This document shows positions 40,893 through 64,000 of a stretch of 64,000 nucleotides of DNA, one piece after another. The stretch is taken from the NCBI GenBank assembly GCA_012295275.1, contig CM022677.1, forward strand, positions 2,170,001-2,234,000. The letters run 5' to 3'. This stretch comes from Chrysomallon squamiferum. Taxonomy: Eukaryota; Animalia; Mollusca. How positions within the stretch are numbered: the first letter of the stretch is position 1; each line of letters opens with the position of its first letter. Both the position numbers and the translations under genes were made by a program. The notes under the pieces are model-generated. The model worked only from the letters and a program-made list of their open reading frames with translations. It had not been told where the DNA came from and searched no databases.

Positions 40893-41949
40893 AGCAGGAT
40901 CTTGTTTCCTTCTTCTTTCATGATTATTATTTTATTCCTTACCCTCCTCTACCCTGTCTACAACCCTCATTTTAAAAAATTATTAAATTATGTTTGCTGT
41001 TTATTAAAATATTTTAATTTCTTTCATTTATTTATTTATTTATTTATTGATTTATTATTTTGAATATTTTAATTTACACTTACTTTTTATTACATTTATA
41101 AGAAAAGTGAAAGTTAAATAGTTAACTTGTATGTGTGTGTGCTCTTGTTTTGTAATTAAAGCTACATTATTTTTGTATTTTCTTTATTTAATGTTCAGTG
41201 ATAATTTTTGCTTATATGGACATACCTGGAAACCCTCTTGGTCTTTTCAAAGATGTCACAGAAAGATCTCTGGCCTTGTTAATGGAAATGTGAGTGGATT
41301 TCCTAGAAATGTTGTCATGTGGTTCTAATTCTGCAGCAAATTTAGTTGTGATAGTTCCCTGTATTACATCTCTTTCAGGGAATGATATTTCATTTAATAA
41401 GAAATAAAAGGTTTAATGTTTTAATTAAAAATATATTTTTTTAATTCTTTCTGTCATTTTGAAACAATGTAAATAAAATGATATAAAAGGTTGTGACTTA
41501 AAATCATGACTAGAAAATTACTAGCAACCTTACTGAATACTTTCATTATGTTGTTTTGATAACCATACAAATGCAAACTTTACTTCTGTGAATGAACTGT
41601 TTTATATTCTTAAACAACAAAAAAAATCCACACATTTATTTAAGTATTTTATTAACTTGTAATGGTAATGGATGCACTATTTCTTACTAGAAACAAAATC
41701 AACGAAATAATAATATGTTTATTTATTTCTTTCTTTATTTATTTATTTATGTATATTTTTTGTTTGTTTGATGAAATTAATAAATTGTAAATTATTTCAA
41801 GATTATGAACATCTTGTACAGGTAGCAGTTCTGTATTTGACAGGTACAATCTCCATGGAGACCAGTACACTCAGACTGGTGAACTAAGAAAAAGGGAGGT
41901 AATTCATCAGGTCACATTGCAGCAGGTGTTAAGAGTCTGTGATATGAAA

Positions 41950-42220
41950 CACTGGTTTTACACTCTTCACGCAGAATTCCAGGACATCACATACCCACTT
42001 GTTTGCATGTTCCTTCCAAACAAGACTCAAGCTACATATGTCTCAGCTCTTGAAGATTGAAGCAGAAAAAAACTTCAATTTGAAGCCACAGATTATCTAG
42101 ACTGACTTTGAGAAAGCTGTCTCCAGTGCAGCAGTGAAAGAGTTCAAGGAGATGTTTTTTCAGCAGTGCACAAGCTCTGTGAAGGAAGATTCAGCATATT
42201 GGTCATACAAAGAAGATTCT
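41950..42220 (+). pseudogene. MULE/Mutator transposase fragment
   Basis: FYTLHAEFQDITYPLVCMFLPNKTQATY...LKPQII*TDFEKAVSSAAVKEF...CFF..QAL*RKIQ matches MULE core motifs (YTIH, PLVYxLLPxK, DFE, CxFH, WRKIQ); stops and deletions. Confidence 0.82.
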
Positions 42221-42907
42221 GGTAACAGTAGTGTAAGATTTAGAAGCACCTAGTTAAAGTTCTTAGTGATTAGGTAAAAGAAAATGTGTACTAATATACT
42301 GACAGATTAGTCTTGAAGTTTGTTTTCATTAATATATATTCTATAAAATGTTTAATGTCTTCAGTTATTTTACACCTAATATCAAACTATATTATAGTAT
42401 ATAATTAATTTATTTTTGTTTTTAATTTACTTTTTTATTTGTTTTTTATTTATTTAATTTTTTTGTTTTGAGGATTTAGATTTTATATTAAAATAAACTA
42501 ATGCAGTATTAATTATGTTCATTCACAGTGCAGGAAAGCTATAGTCATACTGGTGAAAATACTGTTTATTAATGTTTAATATATTTGTATTATTTTATTT
42601 TATATTTTTAATTATCTTTTAATTTATTAAACATCCTTTTTTAGTTTTGGTTGTAGAGTTCATAACAATTAATAATGGCATTTAATCAAAAATATTTGTA
42701 TTTATTACAGGGATTCTTGAAAGGTCCTGGTGGATAATGGAGTTATTGAAACTGTGTTCAAGTCTGTTTCAGGAATGTTTGATTTGACGTCTGCTCTGAA
42801 TTCCAATCACAGACAGAACCCACCTTGAATCCATCCCCAGAGATGTTGCTGTGTTCTGCTGGGTTGCTTCCAGCACATTCAAGTCCACAAACAGAGTTCA
42901 GCAGCTG

Positions 42908-43125
42908 CAGTTGTCAGTGGTAATATTTTTACTCACAGTTTTAATATGTTAATGATACTCACCACAACTGAGAGGAAAGCTGCTCAGTTGTCAGTGGTAA
43001 CATTTTTACTCACAGTTTTAATATGTTAATGATACTCACCACAACTGAGAGGAAAGCTGCTCAGTTGTCAGTGGTAACATTTTTACTCACAGTTTTAATA
43101 TGTTAATGATACACAACACAACTGA
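42908..43125. repeat. 77-bp tandem repeat, about 2.8 copies
   Basis: cagttgtcagtggtaa at 42908, 42985, 43062. Confidence 0.9.
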
Positions 43126-43890
43126 TTTATTTATATATTTTGTTGGCTTTTGGTTTTTAAAATTATTTTTATTTATTTTATTTGATATATATTTTTTATT
43201 ATTTATTATTTTTGTTATTGTTGTATACTTATTAACATTTGTTTAAATTAAATGGAATTTATTTCAAATAAATATTTAAAATGTTAGTTTTATTTTCAGT
43301 GTTATTACTGAAGATTGACTGTACTGAAGCAGTGCTGGAGAAAAAAGTTCATGTTTTCTCTGATCACATGAAAACAGGTTTACTTTCTCAGCTGTTTTCA
43401 TTAATACAACAGAATTAATTGACCATTCATTACATGTGGGTTTTTCAAGCACTGAGTGTGAAAAGATGAACATGATATGAACATAAATTCAGATTATAAG
43501 AGAGTTGTATTCACTTTTTTTAAATTATTTATTTTATATATTGTTTTTGCTTTAACTATAGATATATAAATAAATAAATATGCAAATAGTGATTTTTTAA
43601 TTATTGTTTTCAGATATGATTTGTTTGCTGTTTCTTCATAATTAATTTTTATATTTATATTCGTATTATTTTTTTATTTTTTTTATTTAAATAAAAATGT
43701 GTTTTGTCTTATTTTATTTTTATAAATTCCTTCAGGATCATTAATATAAATAATTTGTGTTTTTCAGAATCCAGTGTCAGATCAGCCCAGGAGACAGTCT
43801 ACCACTCTGAGCTGACAACAAAAACAGAGTCAGCTGTAAGAAGTCAGCCATTGATTAGAAAGTGACTGAATTTGTTACACAGAGCTTACA

Positions 43891-44202
43891 ATTTAGATTT
43901 AGTAACTGAAATACACACATACAGTCATGTTAACATTTAGATTTAGTAACTGAAATACACACATACAGTCATGTTAACATTTACATTTAGTAACTGAAAT
44001 ACACACATACAGTCATGTTACCATTTAGATTTAGAAACTGAAATACACACATACAGTCATGTTAACATTTAGATTTAGTAACTGAAATACACACATACAG
44101 TCATGTTAACATTTAGATTTAGTAACTGAAATACACACATACAGTCATGTTAACATTTAGATTTAGAAACTGAAATACACACATACAGTCATGTTAACAT
44201 TT
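43891..44202. repeat. 44-bp x7 minisatellite
   Basis: atttagatttagtaactgaaatacacacatacagtcatgttaac at 43891, 43935 and onward. Confidence 0.95.
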
Positions 44203-45782
44203 TAAATGTTAACTTAGTACATTAATATCAAGAAAGTGAATGATACTTTGTAGAATTATTTCATCTATACTTCAAACTTGATTTATTCAAACTTGTGTGT
44301 TAAAGTCAGATGTCCCCTTTCAATACTTTAGCTAACATTTAAATTATAATTTGCTTTTGTTTCCAGCGAATGAAAGGATTATTAATGATACATTTTTTTA
44401 TTTTTTTATTACTTTACTGGATAAACTGGACATGCTGACCAGAAAAATGTCAAATAATTAAGTCACAACCCATTTGAATCATATCTAATCTTTATTTTTC
44501 ATGTAAAATTGTATAATCCACATTAATATTGTTGGTACAACTCAGAATATTATTTTATTTTAATTAAAACTTTTACATTTCTTACATTTTCTGCCGGTTC
44601 TTTTATGATGAGCTTGGTTTGAGAATGAAAGAAAACACGTGAGAAGTGATGTCCTCTGATTCTAAAATCACTTCTCAATTTCCCCTCCAAGTTCTTCAAG
44701 TTTTCTGATCACTCTGAACTAAGAAAATGAAACATCTCAACAACAAATATGAAGAACTGAATTCTTGGATAAAGTTGAAAGCTTTTAGAAAGTTTCACAC
44801 CAAAATAACATTTTAAAAACATTACTAGTGTGAATCATGGACTGTTCTTACTGAAGAATGTGTAATGTGACATGGTTTTAGACTCAGTCACAGTGTTGTT
44901 GATGAAATCAGATGTACACAGAATGTTTGTACCAGACACAGCACCAAGTACAGTCAAGTCTGTGAAAAAAAAAAATATTAATAAAAAAATGGCTAAATCT
45001 AGAAATCTTTAACTGCTGCAAATCTTATGGCTCAAGGGAGATAATTTTATTTATATATTTATTTATTGATTTATTTTTATTTTAAAGAATAATCAACTTA
45101 ATCACGTAATCCAAATATAAAATAACAAAGAATATAAAGATTTCTGTTATAGATTAAAAAGAAAAAAAACAAAGTATGTTAATAAAACATAAAGTGGAAG
45201 ATGATATGTTGTTTGTAAGCTATATTATAAAGAAATTTTCTTAATGAATAATTTGCACATCACATTACCACATAGTTGTTTCTTAATTTTTTTTTTTTTT
45301 TTTCTAACCAAATGTCTTGATATTGTTATTTTATTTTGTTAATATATTTTTATTAACAAAACAGAAATCTTGGTATTTTTGTGATTTATAGCACTCAGCT
45401 CTTCAACAGCTTATGAAACATTTTATACCATGTTGTTCTAATTTAGGATTATTGTGTTTTCTGTTGTTTATTACATATTTTTAGCTAGCAGTTTCATCAG
45501 CTTGGGAAACAATTTCATAAAAGTGGAGAACTTTTTTATTTACATAGTTTTGAAATAATTGTAGAAGTAATAGATGTAATTGTGGAGATAGTGATACAAA
45601 TAATAGCTACACTGATAGATAGATGTAAGTATGTTTTAACATTATCACTGGGTTAAGGAAAACAGGTCTGGACTGATTTCAGTATTCTATACCTGGTTTA
45701 TGTTCAACAAAGATCTTTTTTATGGATTTCCCTGCAAATGTACACATGTATATTAATATTAATTTGCTATTTTGAAAACAAA

Positions 45783-46267
<485 letters not shown>

Positions 46268-46395
46268 ATTTTACAGCAGAAATCGAATAATCAGCCTACT
46301 GGTGAAGCCGCTTTGTCTCTCAAAGGCGAGGTCCGAGCAATGTCACCAAAATTACAATAAAAGTAAAGAAAACATGTAATTGAGATGACGTACAT

Positions 46396-49118
<2,723 letters not shown>

Positions 49119-49252
49119 TCTATTTGTCCGCTGACACCCGTTAGGCGTTTAACTGTAGCATTTGTAGTAAAACATTCCACTTTGATGTTTAATATTTATA
49201 AACCGGCGCTCTGTTTAAAACGGCATATCTCGCTGTCACAAGTGAGTCTACT

Positions 49253-49978
<726 letters not shown>

Positions 49979-50023
49979 TTAGTCAGTTACCCAGCGCGTT
50001 CAATCCACAGCGATCGTTCCACC

Positions 50024-50700
50024 TTTTATTATTTTAGCTTTTTGAACTATTCTATTTGTATTGTTATTTTTGTTTGTTTTATTTTAAATAACATATTATG
50101 ATTTCATTATTTGATTAGTAGTATTAAGGTCTTTACAAAAATTAGTTATATATGTTATTGTTATTTCAGTTAATTTTATTATTATTTAATATGTATGTTA
50201 TTCTTATTACAATTAATTTTATTATTACTTATTATATATGATATTACAGATAATTTTATTATTACTTGTTTTAGTGTGATTATTTCAGAATGTTCAAAGA
50301 GTGCCTATCACAATATGAGAGGTCACCAGTGTGATGTATGTGACTCATCAATGCTGTAGAAATGAAAAACACAAAATATAAATCTTGTAAGTCATTACCA
50401 GTCATTAAAACATCACATCAACTATTTTTAGATCTACCAAAGGTAAACCTGATTTGTTTTTTCTTGATTCATTTGCTGGTAAAGTTTGAATTCCTTCTAA
50501 ACTTTTTTTTTTCAGTTAAGTATGTCCATTCTAAAGACTTCAACATTTGTTTGGTGGGGTATGAATTTAATATTTATTTATGGTTGACATTATATAAGAA
50601 AATGCAAAATGATTAGAATATTTTAATAAGTAAATAATTTTAGGGGTTTTACCAAATAGTAGTATACAGCTTGATGATAACTGTTCTTATCCATTTGTAT

Positions 50701-50736
<36 letters not shown>

Positions 50737-50797
50737 ACTCATCCTATATATACATTTATTTGTATTTCATCACTGACTTAGAAACCAACTGTCTTGA
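50024..50797 (+). repeat. 0.8-kb direct repeat, copy B
   Basis: Matches 40097-40892. Confidence 0.92.
50289..50442 (+). pseudogene. MARS1: MetRS zinc-knuckle pseudo-exon, copy B
   Basis: CSKSAYHNMRGHQCDVC /fs/ LINAVEMKN...LFLDLPK|gt; shares the frameshift after QCDVC with copy A. Confidence 0.88.
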
Positions 50798-50852
50798 TGA
50801 TGAATTGTTTAAGTGTCTGTGTGTGGATGGGTTGATGTGTGGTTCTGTTTGA

Positions 50853-51465
50853 TGTTGGTGTTTGGGTGGGTATATATAACTGTATGTTTGTGTGTATAGG
50901 TAGATGTGTGTTGGTGTTTGGGTGGGTATATATAACTGTATGTTTGTGTGTATAGGTATTTGTGTGGGTTATAACTGTATGTTTGTGTGTTTGATGTTGG
51001 TGTTTGGGTGGGTATATATAACTGTATGTTTGTGTGTATAGGTAGATGTGTGTTGGTGTTTGGGTGGGTATATATAACTGTATGTTTGTGTGTATAGGTA
51101 GATGTGTGTTGGTGTTTGGGTGGGTATATATAACTGTATGTTTGTGTGTATAGGTAGATGTGTGTTGGTGTTTGGGTGGGTATATATAACTGTATGTTTG
51201 TGTGTATAGGTAGATGTGTGTTGGTGTTTGGGTGGGTATATATAACTGTATGTTGGTGTTTGGGTGGGTATATATAACTGTATGTTTGTGTGTATAGGTA
51301 GATGTGTGTTGGTGTTTGGGTGGGTATATATAACTGTATGTTTGTGTGTATAGGTAGATGTGTGTTGGTGTTTGGGTGGGTATATATAACTGTATGTTTG
51401 TGTGTATAGGTAGATGTGTGTTGGTGTTTGGGTGGGTATATATAACTGTATGTTTGTGTGTATAG
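50853..51465. repeat. 56-bp GT-rich minisatellite, about 11 copies
   Basis: tgtatgtttgtgtgtataggtagatgtgtgttggtgtttgggtgggtatatataac repeated, with some truncated units. Confidence 0.93.
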
Positions 51466-51504
51466 GGCTACTGTTATAATTTTTGTATTTTGTTAATTTT
51501 TCAG

Positions 51505-51650
51505 AGTAGCTGATAAAGTTTTCATTACTAAACCTGGACAACAGATGCTAAACAGATAAGAAATATTTGTATTGGAGATGGAATGAAACCAAGATGTATC
51601 AGTTGTGACCTGAAGTGGGGGACCCTAGTCCCATTGGAGGGGTACACTGA
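51505..51650 (+). pseudogene. MARS1: MetRS pseudo-exon ([12 protein letters not shown] region)
   Basis: WTTDAKQIRNICIGDGMKPRCISCDLKWGTLVPLEGYT versus [37 protein letters not shown]. Confidence 0.9.
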
Positions 51651-52080
51651 GTAAGTATAATAATTACTTACATTTATACAAAAATAATAACTTCCTGTCT
51701 TAAAAATTAGTTTTAGTTGTGAATACTGAGCAAAAAATAGTAAAAGAAATATGAATTAGAAAACACATCTAAATAGTAAGATATTTTTGTAGTATCACAA
51801 AAAATAATTTGCAGAGAAAAAAGACATTGCTGAATCTATTCAAGTATGTATTTAATGTTAAATTGAAGATAATAAGCCTGATGTCTAAAATATGATATCC
51901 CTAAAATTTGTGAATATAATCCTGGATTCAAACTTACAATTCAGGACATACAATTGGCTAAAGATTTATATCTTAATGAAAATATAATAACAAAAAATTA
52001 TGAGTATTTTTCTCTTCTGTTTTAAAAACTGAGAAACATTTATTTGTTTTATTATAATTTATGAGTGGTTAAATTTCCAG

Positions 52081-52165
52081 GTATTCTGTGTTTGGTTTGA
52101 TGTTACAGTTGACTACATTTCATTCACAGCTAACTACACAGACAGGATAGAAAAATCCATCATAG
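52081..52165 (+). pseudogene. MARS1: MetRS pseudo-exon (YVWFDA region)
   Basis: ag|VFCVWFDVTVDYISFTANYTD /del/ KNPS|gt versus [30 protein letters not shown]. Confidence 0.9.
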
Positions 52166-52673
52166 GTGTGTTTTGTGGTTTTTTTTTTTTTTTTCTTTTA
52201 CATTTTTATTTTCTGAAATCAGAATAGCAAAAGCAAAAAGAATTAAATAAATATTAATTGTGTTAAATTTTTAAATAATCTATAATTTTGTAAGTATGAA
52301 TAAGATGACATAGCTGTGATTATGTTGGTATGTATAATTACTGTGTTTTATCTAAATATTCTGTTTGAACACAATAAGAAATTTTCATTTATTAACATAC
52401 ATTTTCAGTCTGACAGTTTATATTTGTTGTCAAGGGAAACCCAGATTTAACATAATTTAATCAGTTTCCTGCTTTCTTTCTTAGTATATATTTTCATTAG
52501 ATTCTTCATTTAATTCCAAATATTATAAACTTTGATACAAACAAATGTTCATTTTAACATGTCCTTTTTCTTTCTTTTTTTATATTCTTATCATTATGCA
52601 GTTGTTGTTGTTCTTTTATGCTGTTGTTGCTATTCTGTTTTTTCTTTTCTTTTTTCTTTACAGTTTGTTATCA

Positions 52674-52710
<37 letters not shown>

Positions 52711-52959
52711 TCATCTGTGTATCTTTCTTGTCAAAGACAGCGTATCATTTCACAGTATAATTTTTACTTCAACGATTCTGTGTGCTGATGTTTCGTACAG
52801 TCACTATGCAAATATACCTCCATATGTGATATTGATATTGAAATTCTGCTTTGTTGTACTCTTTTTAATTAATCAAAGAAATCAGTTCAAAGAGAAAAAA
52901 AAAAATAATAATCACACCACCACGAAACAAACGACCGAAGCTAAGACGGCATTCGGGAA

Positions 52960-53575
52960 TGTTCGGATTTGTTGAATCTGTTACCTTTGAAGTATGTGAT
53001 TTCAGATTTCAACTGGTTTAGCATGCAGTATGCAAGCCAGTTTTCTCTGCTTCCAAATTTCTTATCCCCTCTGGGTCCAAGTCAACCACATGCTTCATGG
53101 ATGAGTCTGGTAACTGAATGTTTTGTCTTGGAACCAGCAAACTTCACTAAACATTCTCTGCCCATAGCAGTGTTGTTGTCATGCATCACTTGCAAGACCA
53201 AGGAGATAGTGAACATTGCAATGCAGGAACTCCAGATCTTCCTCAGTCTGCAAAAGGTATTTTCTGAGATGGTTAAATTGGACATTTTAGCTTTTCATGC
53301 ATGACAGGTGCTCTGTCTGACTCCTTTTTTGGAGACAGTCTGAGAATATATCCTGCAACCTTTCTTCATCATCAAAAACAAGTGATAACTCCTCTAATAT
53401 GTAAGCAGCAACTTTTACATGGCATCGTGCATTTTCTGTTCCCACCATAGTAAAGTCGACAGCTTAAACTCTCGCCAGTGCCCACAGTAACTTGGTGGTC
53501 AACATATTTTTTACCATCTTTTGTAGTGCTGTCTGCATGAAGGTTGTAACGATCTGGTTTCAGGATGACATCTGT
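52960..53575 (-). pseudogene. Second divergent hAT-like (GNRFN) transposase fragment
   Basis: Minus strand: NLHADSTTKDGKKYVDHQV (D1)...SDRAPVM (D2)...SCIAMF (eroded CxxH)...TRLIHEACG*LGPRGDKKFGSRENWLAYC...FKGNRFN; same motif order as the 7-8 kb protein. Confidence 0.7.
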
Positions 53576-53579
53576 CTTG

Positions 53580-56540
<2,961 letters not shown>

Positions 56541-57059
56541 GAAAAATTACTGCAATCAAAAGTTTAGTTTTATCGAAAATTGTTTACTTTTTTCTTCACT
56601 GCCAAATCCAACAAACTATTTCTTTAAAATATTAGAAACCCAAAAATTTCAGTTTATTTGGAATAAAAAACCACGATAAAATAGCTAGAAAAAAAAAAAC
56701 ACCCACTGACTATTATCAAAATGGTTGTTTATTTTTTAATGGGTAAAAATATCGTGGATTAAAGATATAAATTTTAGCCAAGACATTGCCTCTCTTTCGA
56801 GTAACTGTTTATTATGAAAAGCTTCACTGATATTAGTTTTAGGGTCAGCCTACAGTGAAGCAAAATTGTTGAAAAGCACAAATTCCTTTTGGAAAAATGT
56901 ATTACATATCTGGTCATACTTTCTAGAGAAATGTGAAGCATGAGAGAAGATAAAAATACTACGTCAACAGATATAATATAATGTTCGCATTGAAACTGGT
57001 AATAAATCAGCTTATTATAAGACAGTGGCAAAGAAAGGAATTTTATTTTTAAAAGCTCT

Positions 57060-60070
<3,011 letters not shown>

Positions 60071-60504
60071 AGCAATGGCATCTAGTAGTATTTAATTTAT
60101 TGAATTAGAATTAATGTAATTTATTGTAAAGAAGATTTATGTAAGATCAATGTACATATATCTCGTAGCACGATTTGTCTATTTTAATCTGAAACTGAAA
60201 CGTAACACTTGATGACGTATAAGATATTTGACGTCAGTCGCGTGTTTATCAGTGGAGGGTTTTCTAACTAAAAGAACACAAAGCAGAACTGACAGCAGTC
60301 GGCCATATTGAACGTGTATAAAATTTTATATTTTATTATGTGTTGACGCTTCCACTGTTCTTAATTTATTATAAATATATCAGAGTTAGTTCTCTAACAA
60401 ATAGATTACTTAAGTGTCGGGTGTTTTAAATTGAAATGAAAAAAGTTCTGTATATCCTGACTTTAATATTTTAATTATTATTATTATTATTTTTTTTATT
60501 TATT

Positions 60505-60570
<66 letters not shown>

Positions 60571-61035
60571 GCTATTACTATTACTACTGCTATCCTATTA
60601 TATCTCTTTTTCTTTTTTTTTTTTTTTTATTAACGCCTTTTGCTATATATCGCTTACTTTATATTATTTTATTTTATTTAATTTATTCTTAGATCGGTGA
60701 CATCTGTGATCTATAACTGAGTTGATAGAAAATAGTCGCTTATAAGAAACTGTCGATCAGGAAGTTGAAATTACAAGGTATTTTAAATTGTTTTATATTT
60801 GAAAAGTTTCACGTCGTTTTCCTTGATTTTCCTCACTTATTATTCTTTTTCTTTTTATCGTGTTTCTTTTAGATTGGTTATTAGTGGTTAATTATTTTGT
60901 CTTTTCGAGGAGTAAATTGGTATAAATGACTATATGTACATTCGTATCTCCCACAGATAATAATAATTATTGTTGTTGTCGTCATCAAATAATCACTAGT
61001 GTAAGCATAATGTACTTCTTTTTATCTTTTATCGA

Positions 61036-61235
61036 NNNNNNNNNNNNNNNNNNNNNNNNNNNNNNNNNNNNNNNNNNNNNNNNNNNNNNNNNNNNNNNNN
61101 NNNNNNNNNNNNNNNNNNNNNNNNNNNNNNNNNNNNNNNNNNNNNNNNNNNNNNNNNNNNNNNNNNNNNNNNNNNNNNNNNNNNNNNNNNNNNNNNNNNN
61201 NNNNNNNNNNNNNNNNNNNNNNNNNNNNNNNNNNN
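61036..61235. other. Assembly gap (200 N)
   Basis: Run of n. Confidence 1.
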
Positions 61236-61552
61236 TATCACTGATGACTGGGGGTGTTGTTATCAAAACAGGTAATAGGAAATAACATAAATTAACATAA
61301 ACACAAGCTGTGTAATAAATCTAAGTGAGAAAATGTTATTATTCTCTGCCATGCAACTAAATTTATCTCCCCATCTAACACTTAAATATTTTATGAAAAC
61401 TTGTCATATTTCCAAATCCATATATCTACAGCTTCTCAGGATGATAATATTTATCAATAGTTTTACCAAAAACAGGGACTCAGTATTATGTCAGCACTGT
61501 TAATAGCTTGAAAAATATACCTGACACAATTGTTTTCTAAATATTTTAATAC

Positions 61553-61606
<54 letters not shown>

Positions 61607-62017
61607 GGCGTTATGGCGTTATCTTTTATTATAATTTTTAATTTCACACACACTCACACACACACATTGTTTCATGAATATAAGAAAGCGTGGAGCTATG
61701 TAGGAATGCGCGACAGAAAAGTAAAGATCAAAATGACATAATGAAATCTTAGACTTTCGTTAACGGTTCAGTTATAAATGAGAATAGCCTCTCTGAATAA
61801 ACCCGTCACAATTTTTCATCGTCATAAAGTGAAGCCCGCTTTACAGGTTTGTCGGACAAAAGAGAAATATAAAACATTTCTACACCAAAAATAGAACTTT
61901 TTTTAACGTGTATGGTTACATACAGACGCTTATCTATCCTCTTCATAACATATTTAATTAATTAATAGCAATGAAAAACAGGATGCAAAGATAACATAAC
62001 CTTTTAGTCACGTAAGC

Positions 62018-62111
<94 letters not shown>

Positions 62112-62352
62112 GTAATATTGTTTTTAAACTAAGTAATTCATTATACTATAGGATATATTTCATTAGTTGAATAATCTAAATACATACAGTTTGTTTCTAT
62201 GCGTGAATGAGAGACTGGACACAAGACAGGTATGATGCAAACGTTTTAACTGTCACGTTTATTAAAAGTAATACAATATCTCAAATACACGCAAACTAGA
62301 AGTATAATTGTAAATTTAGTACATTTGATTATTTTAATAACTGTGATTAATC

Positions 62353-62419
<67 letters not shown>

Positions 62420-63988
62420 ATACACCTGCATATACATGCGCATACGTGTGTCTGTGTGAAACAAGTCTGATTGAGTAAAATTATTATCTTCTGTCAATAT
62501 AACTAAATTGATATTAATTATTATATGAAATGTGTTGATAATGTGCAGCTGATTCGCCCTCTGTTTATCTACAGCTTTGTCAGTAAATTTACAGAGAAGT
62601 GGACTGAATTTTATGTTAGCTTATTTAATAGCTTACAAAAATAAACTTAACTTATTTTAACAGATGTTGCCGCTACTTTCATAGCTATATATATATGTGT
62701 GTGTTTTCTATTCTATATATATATATGTATTTGTCATTTCGAAGTTTAGTTTCCTGGGGAAGATACATACACACATATGTTTTTCCACGAAGGAAAAGGT
62801 TGAAGAGACAAAGTGAAATCTGCCACGCTTGTTCAGTTAACCTCTAAACAAAAGAAAAAAGTCTTCAATATGGCGACTGTGAGGAGATAGAGATAAAACT
62901 TCACTGACGAACAAAGGAATGCTTTCTTTCTTCTTCATTTACCACGTCACCGCATCAACGAATTGGAACTGTTTTCAAATAATATTTTGTTTGTTTACTG
63001 AAGCGAAACTGACTATGTTGTTTGTTTGCACGTGTCAATAATAAAAACGTTACAAGTGTTTTATAATGACAGATTTATTTAGGAGTACTATAAAGAATAC
63101 ACTCCACACCCAAAGATGATGAAAATCTGATCGTCTTGTTAAATAAAGAAAGTACATTACAGTTAAACAAATACAGCCACACGTACACTTAAACTGTCAC
63201 CTTTCTTCAAACTTTATGTCAGTATTAAACTAATTTCCCCATCTAACATATTATGATATGAATTTAATCTTCTTTTTTTAAATCTAGTAGTCGACAGTAA
63301 GTACAAATATTAAAATTAGTGAATGTAATTTATGAAATATTTAGTTATCGCTCAGTCCATGTAAAGACTAACACAGAAATAATAAAATATACAGAGACCC
63401 TTTTCATCTAAGAAAAGAAACAGAAAAACATTTTTTGTTTATGTGTGTGTGACAAATCTCAGTGAATAAAAGATATTATTTTCTGTGAATTACACTCTTA
63501 ATATTATTAATTAATTAATTATTATTATTATTGTTGTTGTTGTTGTTGTTGTTGTTATTATTATTATTATTGTTATTATTATTATTATTGTTATTGTTGG
63601 TGTTGCTGTTAGTAGTACTAGTTGTAGTAATAGTAGTAGTAGTATTATCATCATTAATTAATTAATTAATATATTTTTAAATCTGAAAAATAATCTTGCT
63701 GGAATTAGGTCTTTCTTGGTTATCATTCACCACCACGAATAACGTACATGTTGTACTCGAGAGAAAATGCGCACACCCACCCATACACAGACACAGACAC
63801 AGACACAGACACACACACACCCACACCCACACACAGACACACCCCCACACTGGAAACAATAAATCCTGTCTGAAATTGAACGACTAACTGGATGATATTG
63901 GTAATATAGCTGTAATCATTACATTGTAATATATATGTAACTAGTCATAAAACACGTGTACTACTATTGCTATGAAAACGGAATATAT
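61236..63988 (-). repeat. 2.7-kb inverted segmental duplication, right arm
   Basis: Reverse complement of 46396-49118; starts exactly at the gap edge. Confidence 0.95.
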
Positions 63989-64000
63989 TCATAATATTAA

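Noticed and set aside
50969-51541. 190-aa T/H/Y/P-rich ORF
   Set aside because: Artefact of the 56-bp minisatellite cycling through frames; antisense to MetRS remnants.
60926-61285. ORFs spanning X runs
   Set aside because: Created by the N gap.

Overview
AT-rich, microsatellite-dense eukaryotic (metazoan invertebrate, plausibly molluscan; inference only) genomic DNA with a 200-N gap at 61036-61235. I find no intact protein-coding gene; the window is a graveyard of DNA transposons and gene fragments. 0.6-12 kb: a Harbinger-like MITE, then a frameshifted divergent hAT-like DDE transposase interrupted by a Sola2-type element (about 620-bp TIRs, AAAA TSD, host frame restored on removal), then a mellifera-type mariner carrying a 5x67-bp internal amplification. 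16.3-17.3 kb: a disrupted BIR-BIR-UBA IAP with a bZIP-site minisatellite upstream. 30-53 kb: a mosaic of orphan exons, including a SWIM/YqaJ-like first exon, five methionyl-tRNA synthetase pseudo-exon blocks split by about 9 kb of cargo between 0.8-kb direct repeats, a MULE transposase scrap and a second hAT-like fragment. 53.6-60.8 kb: a tandemly duplicated 3-3.5 kb unit with a YY1-type promoter/non-coding exon module, one copy carrying a Tigger-like MITE. A 2.7-kb inverted duplication (46.4-49.1 kb vs 61.2-64.0 kb) abuts the gap. More than ten unrelated minisatellite arrays are present. Family assignments come from recalled motifs, not database searches. I cannot claim a proven new system; the best leads are ranked in the findings.
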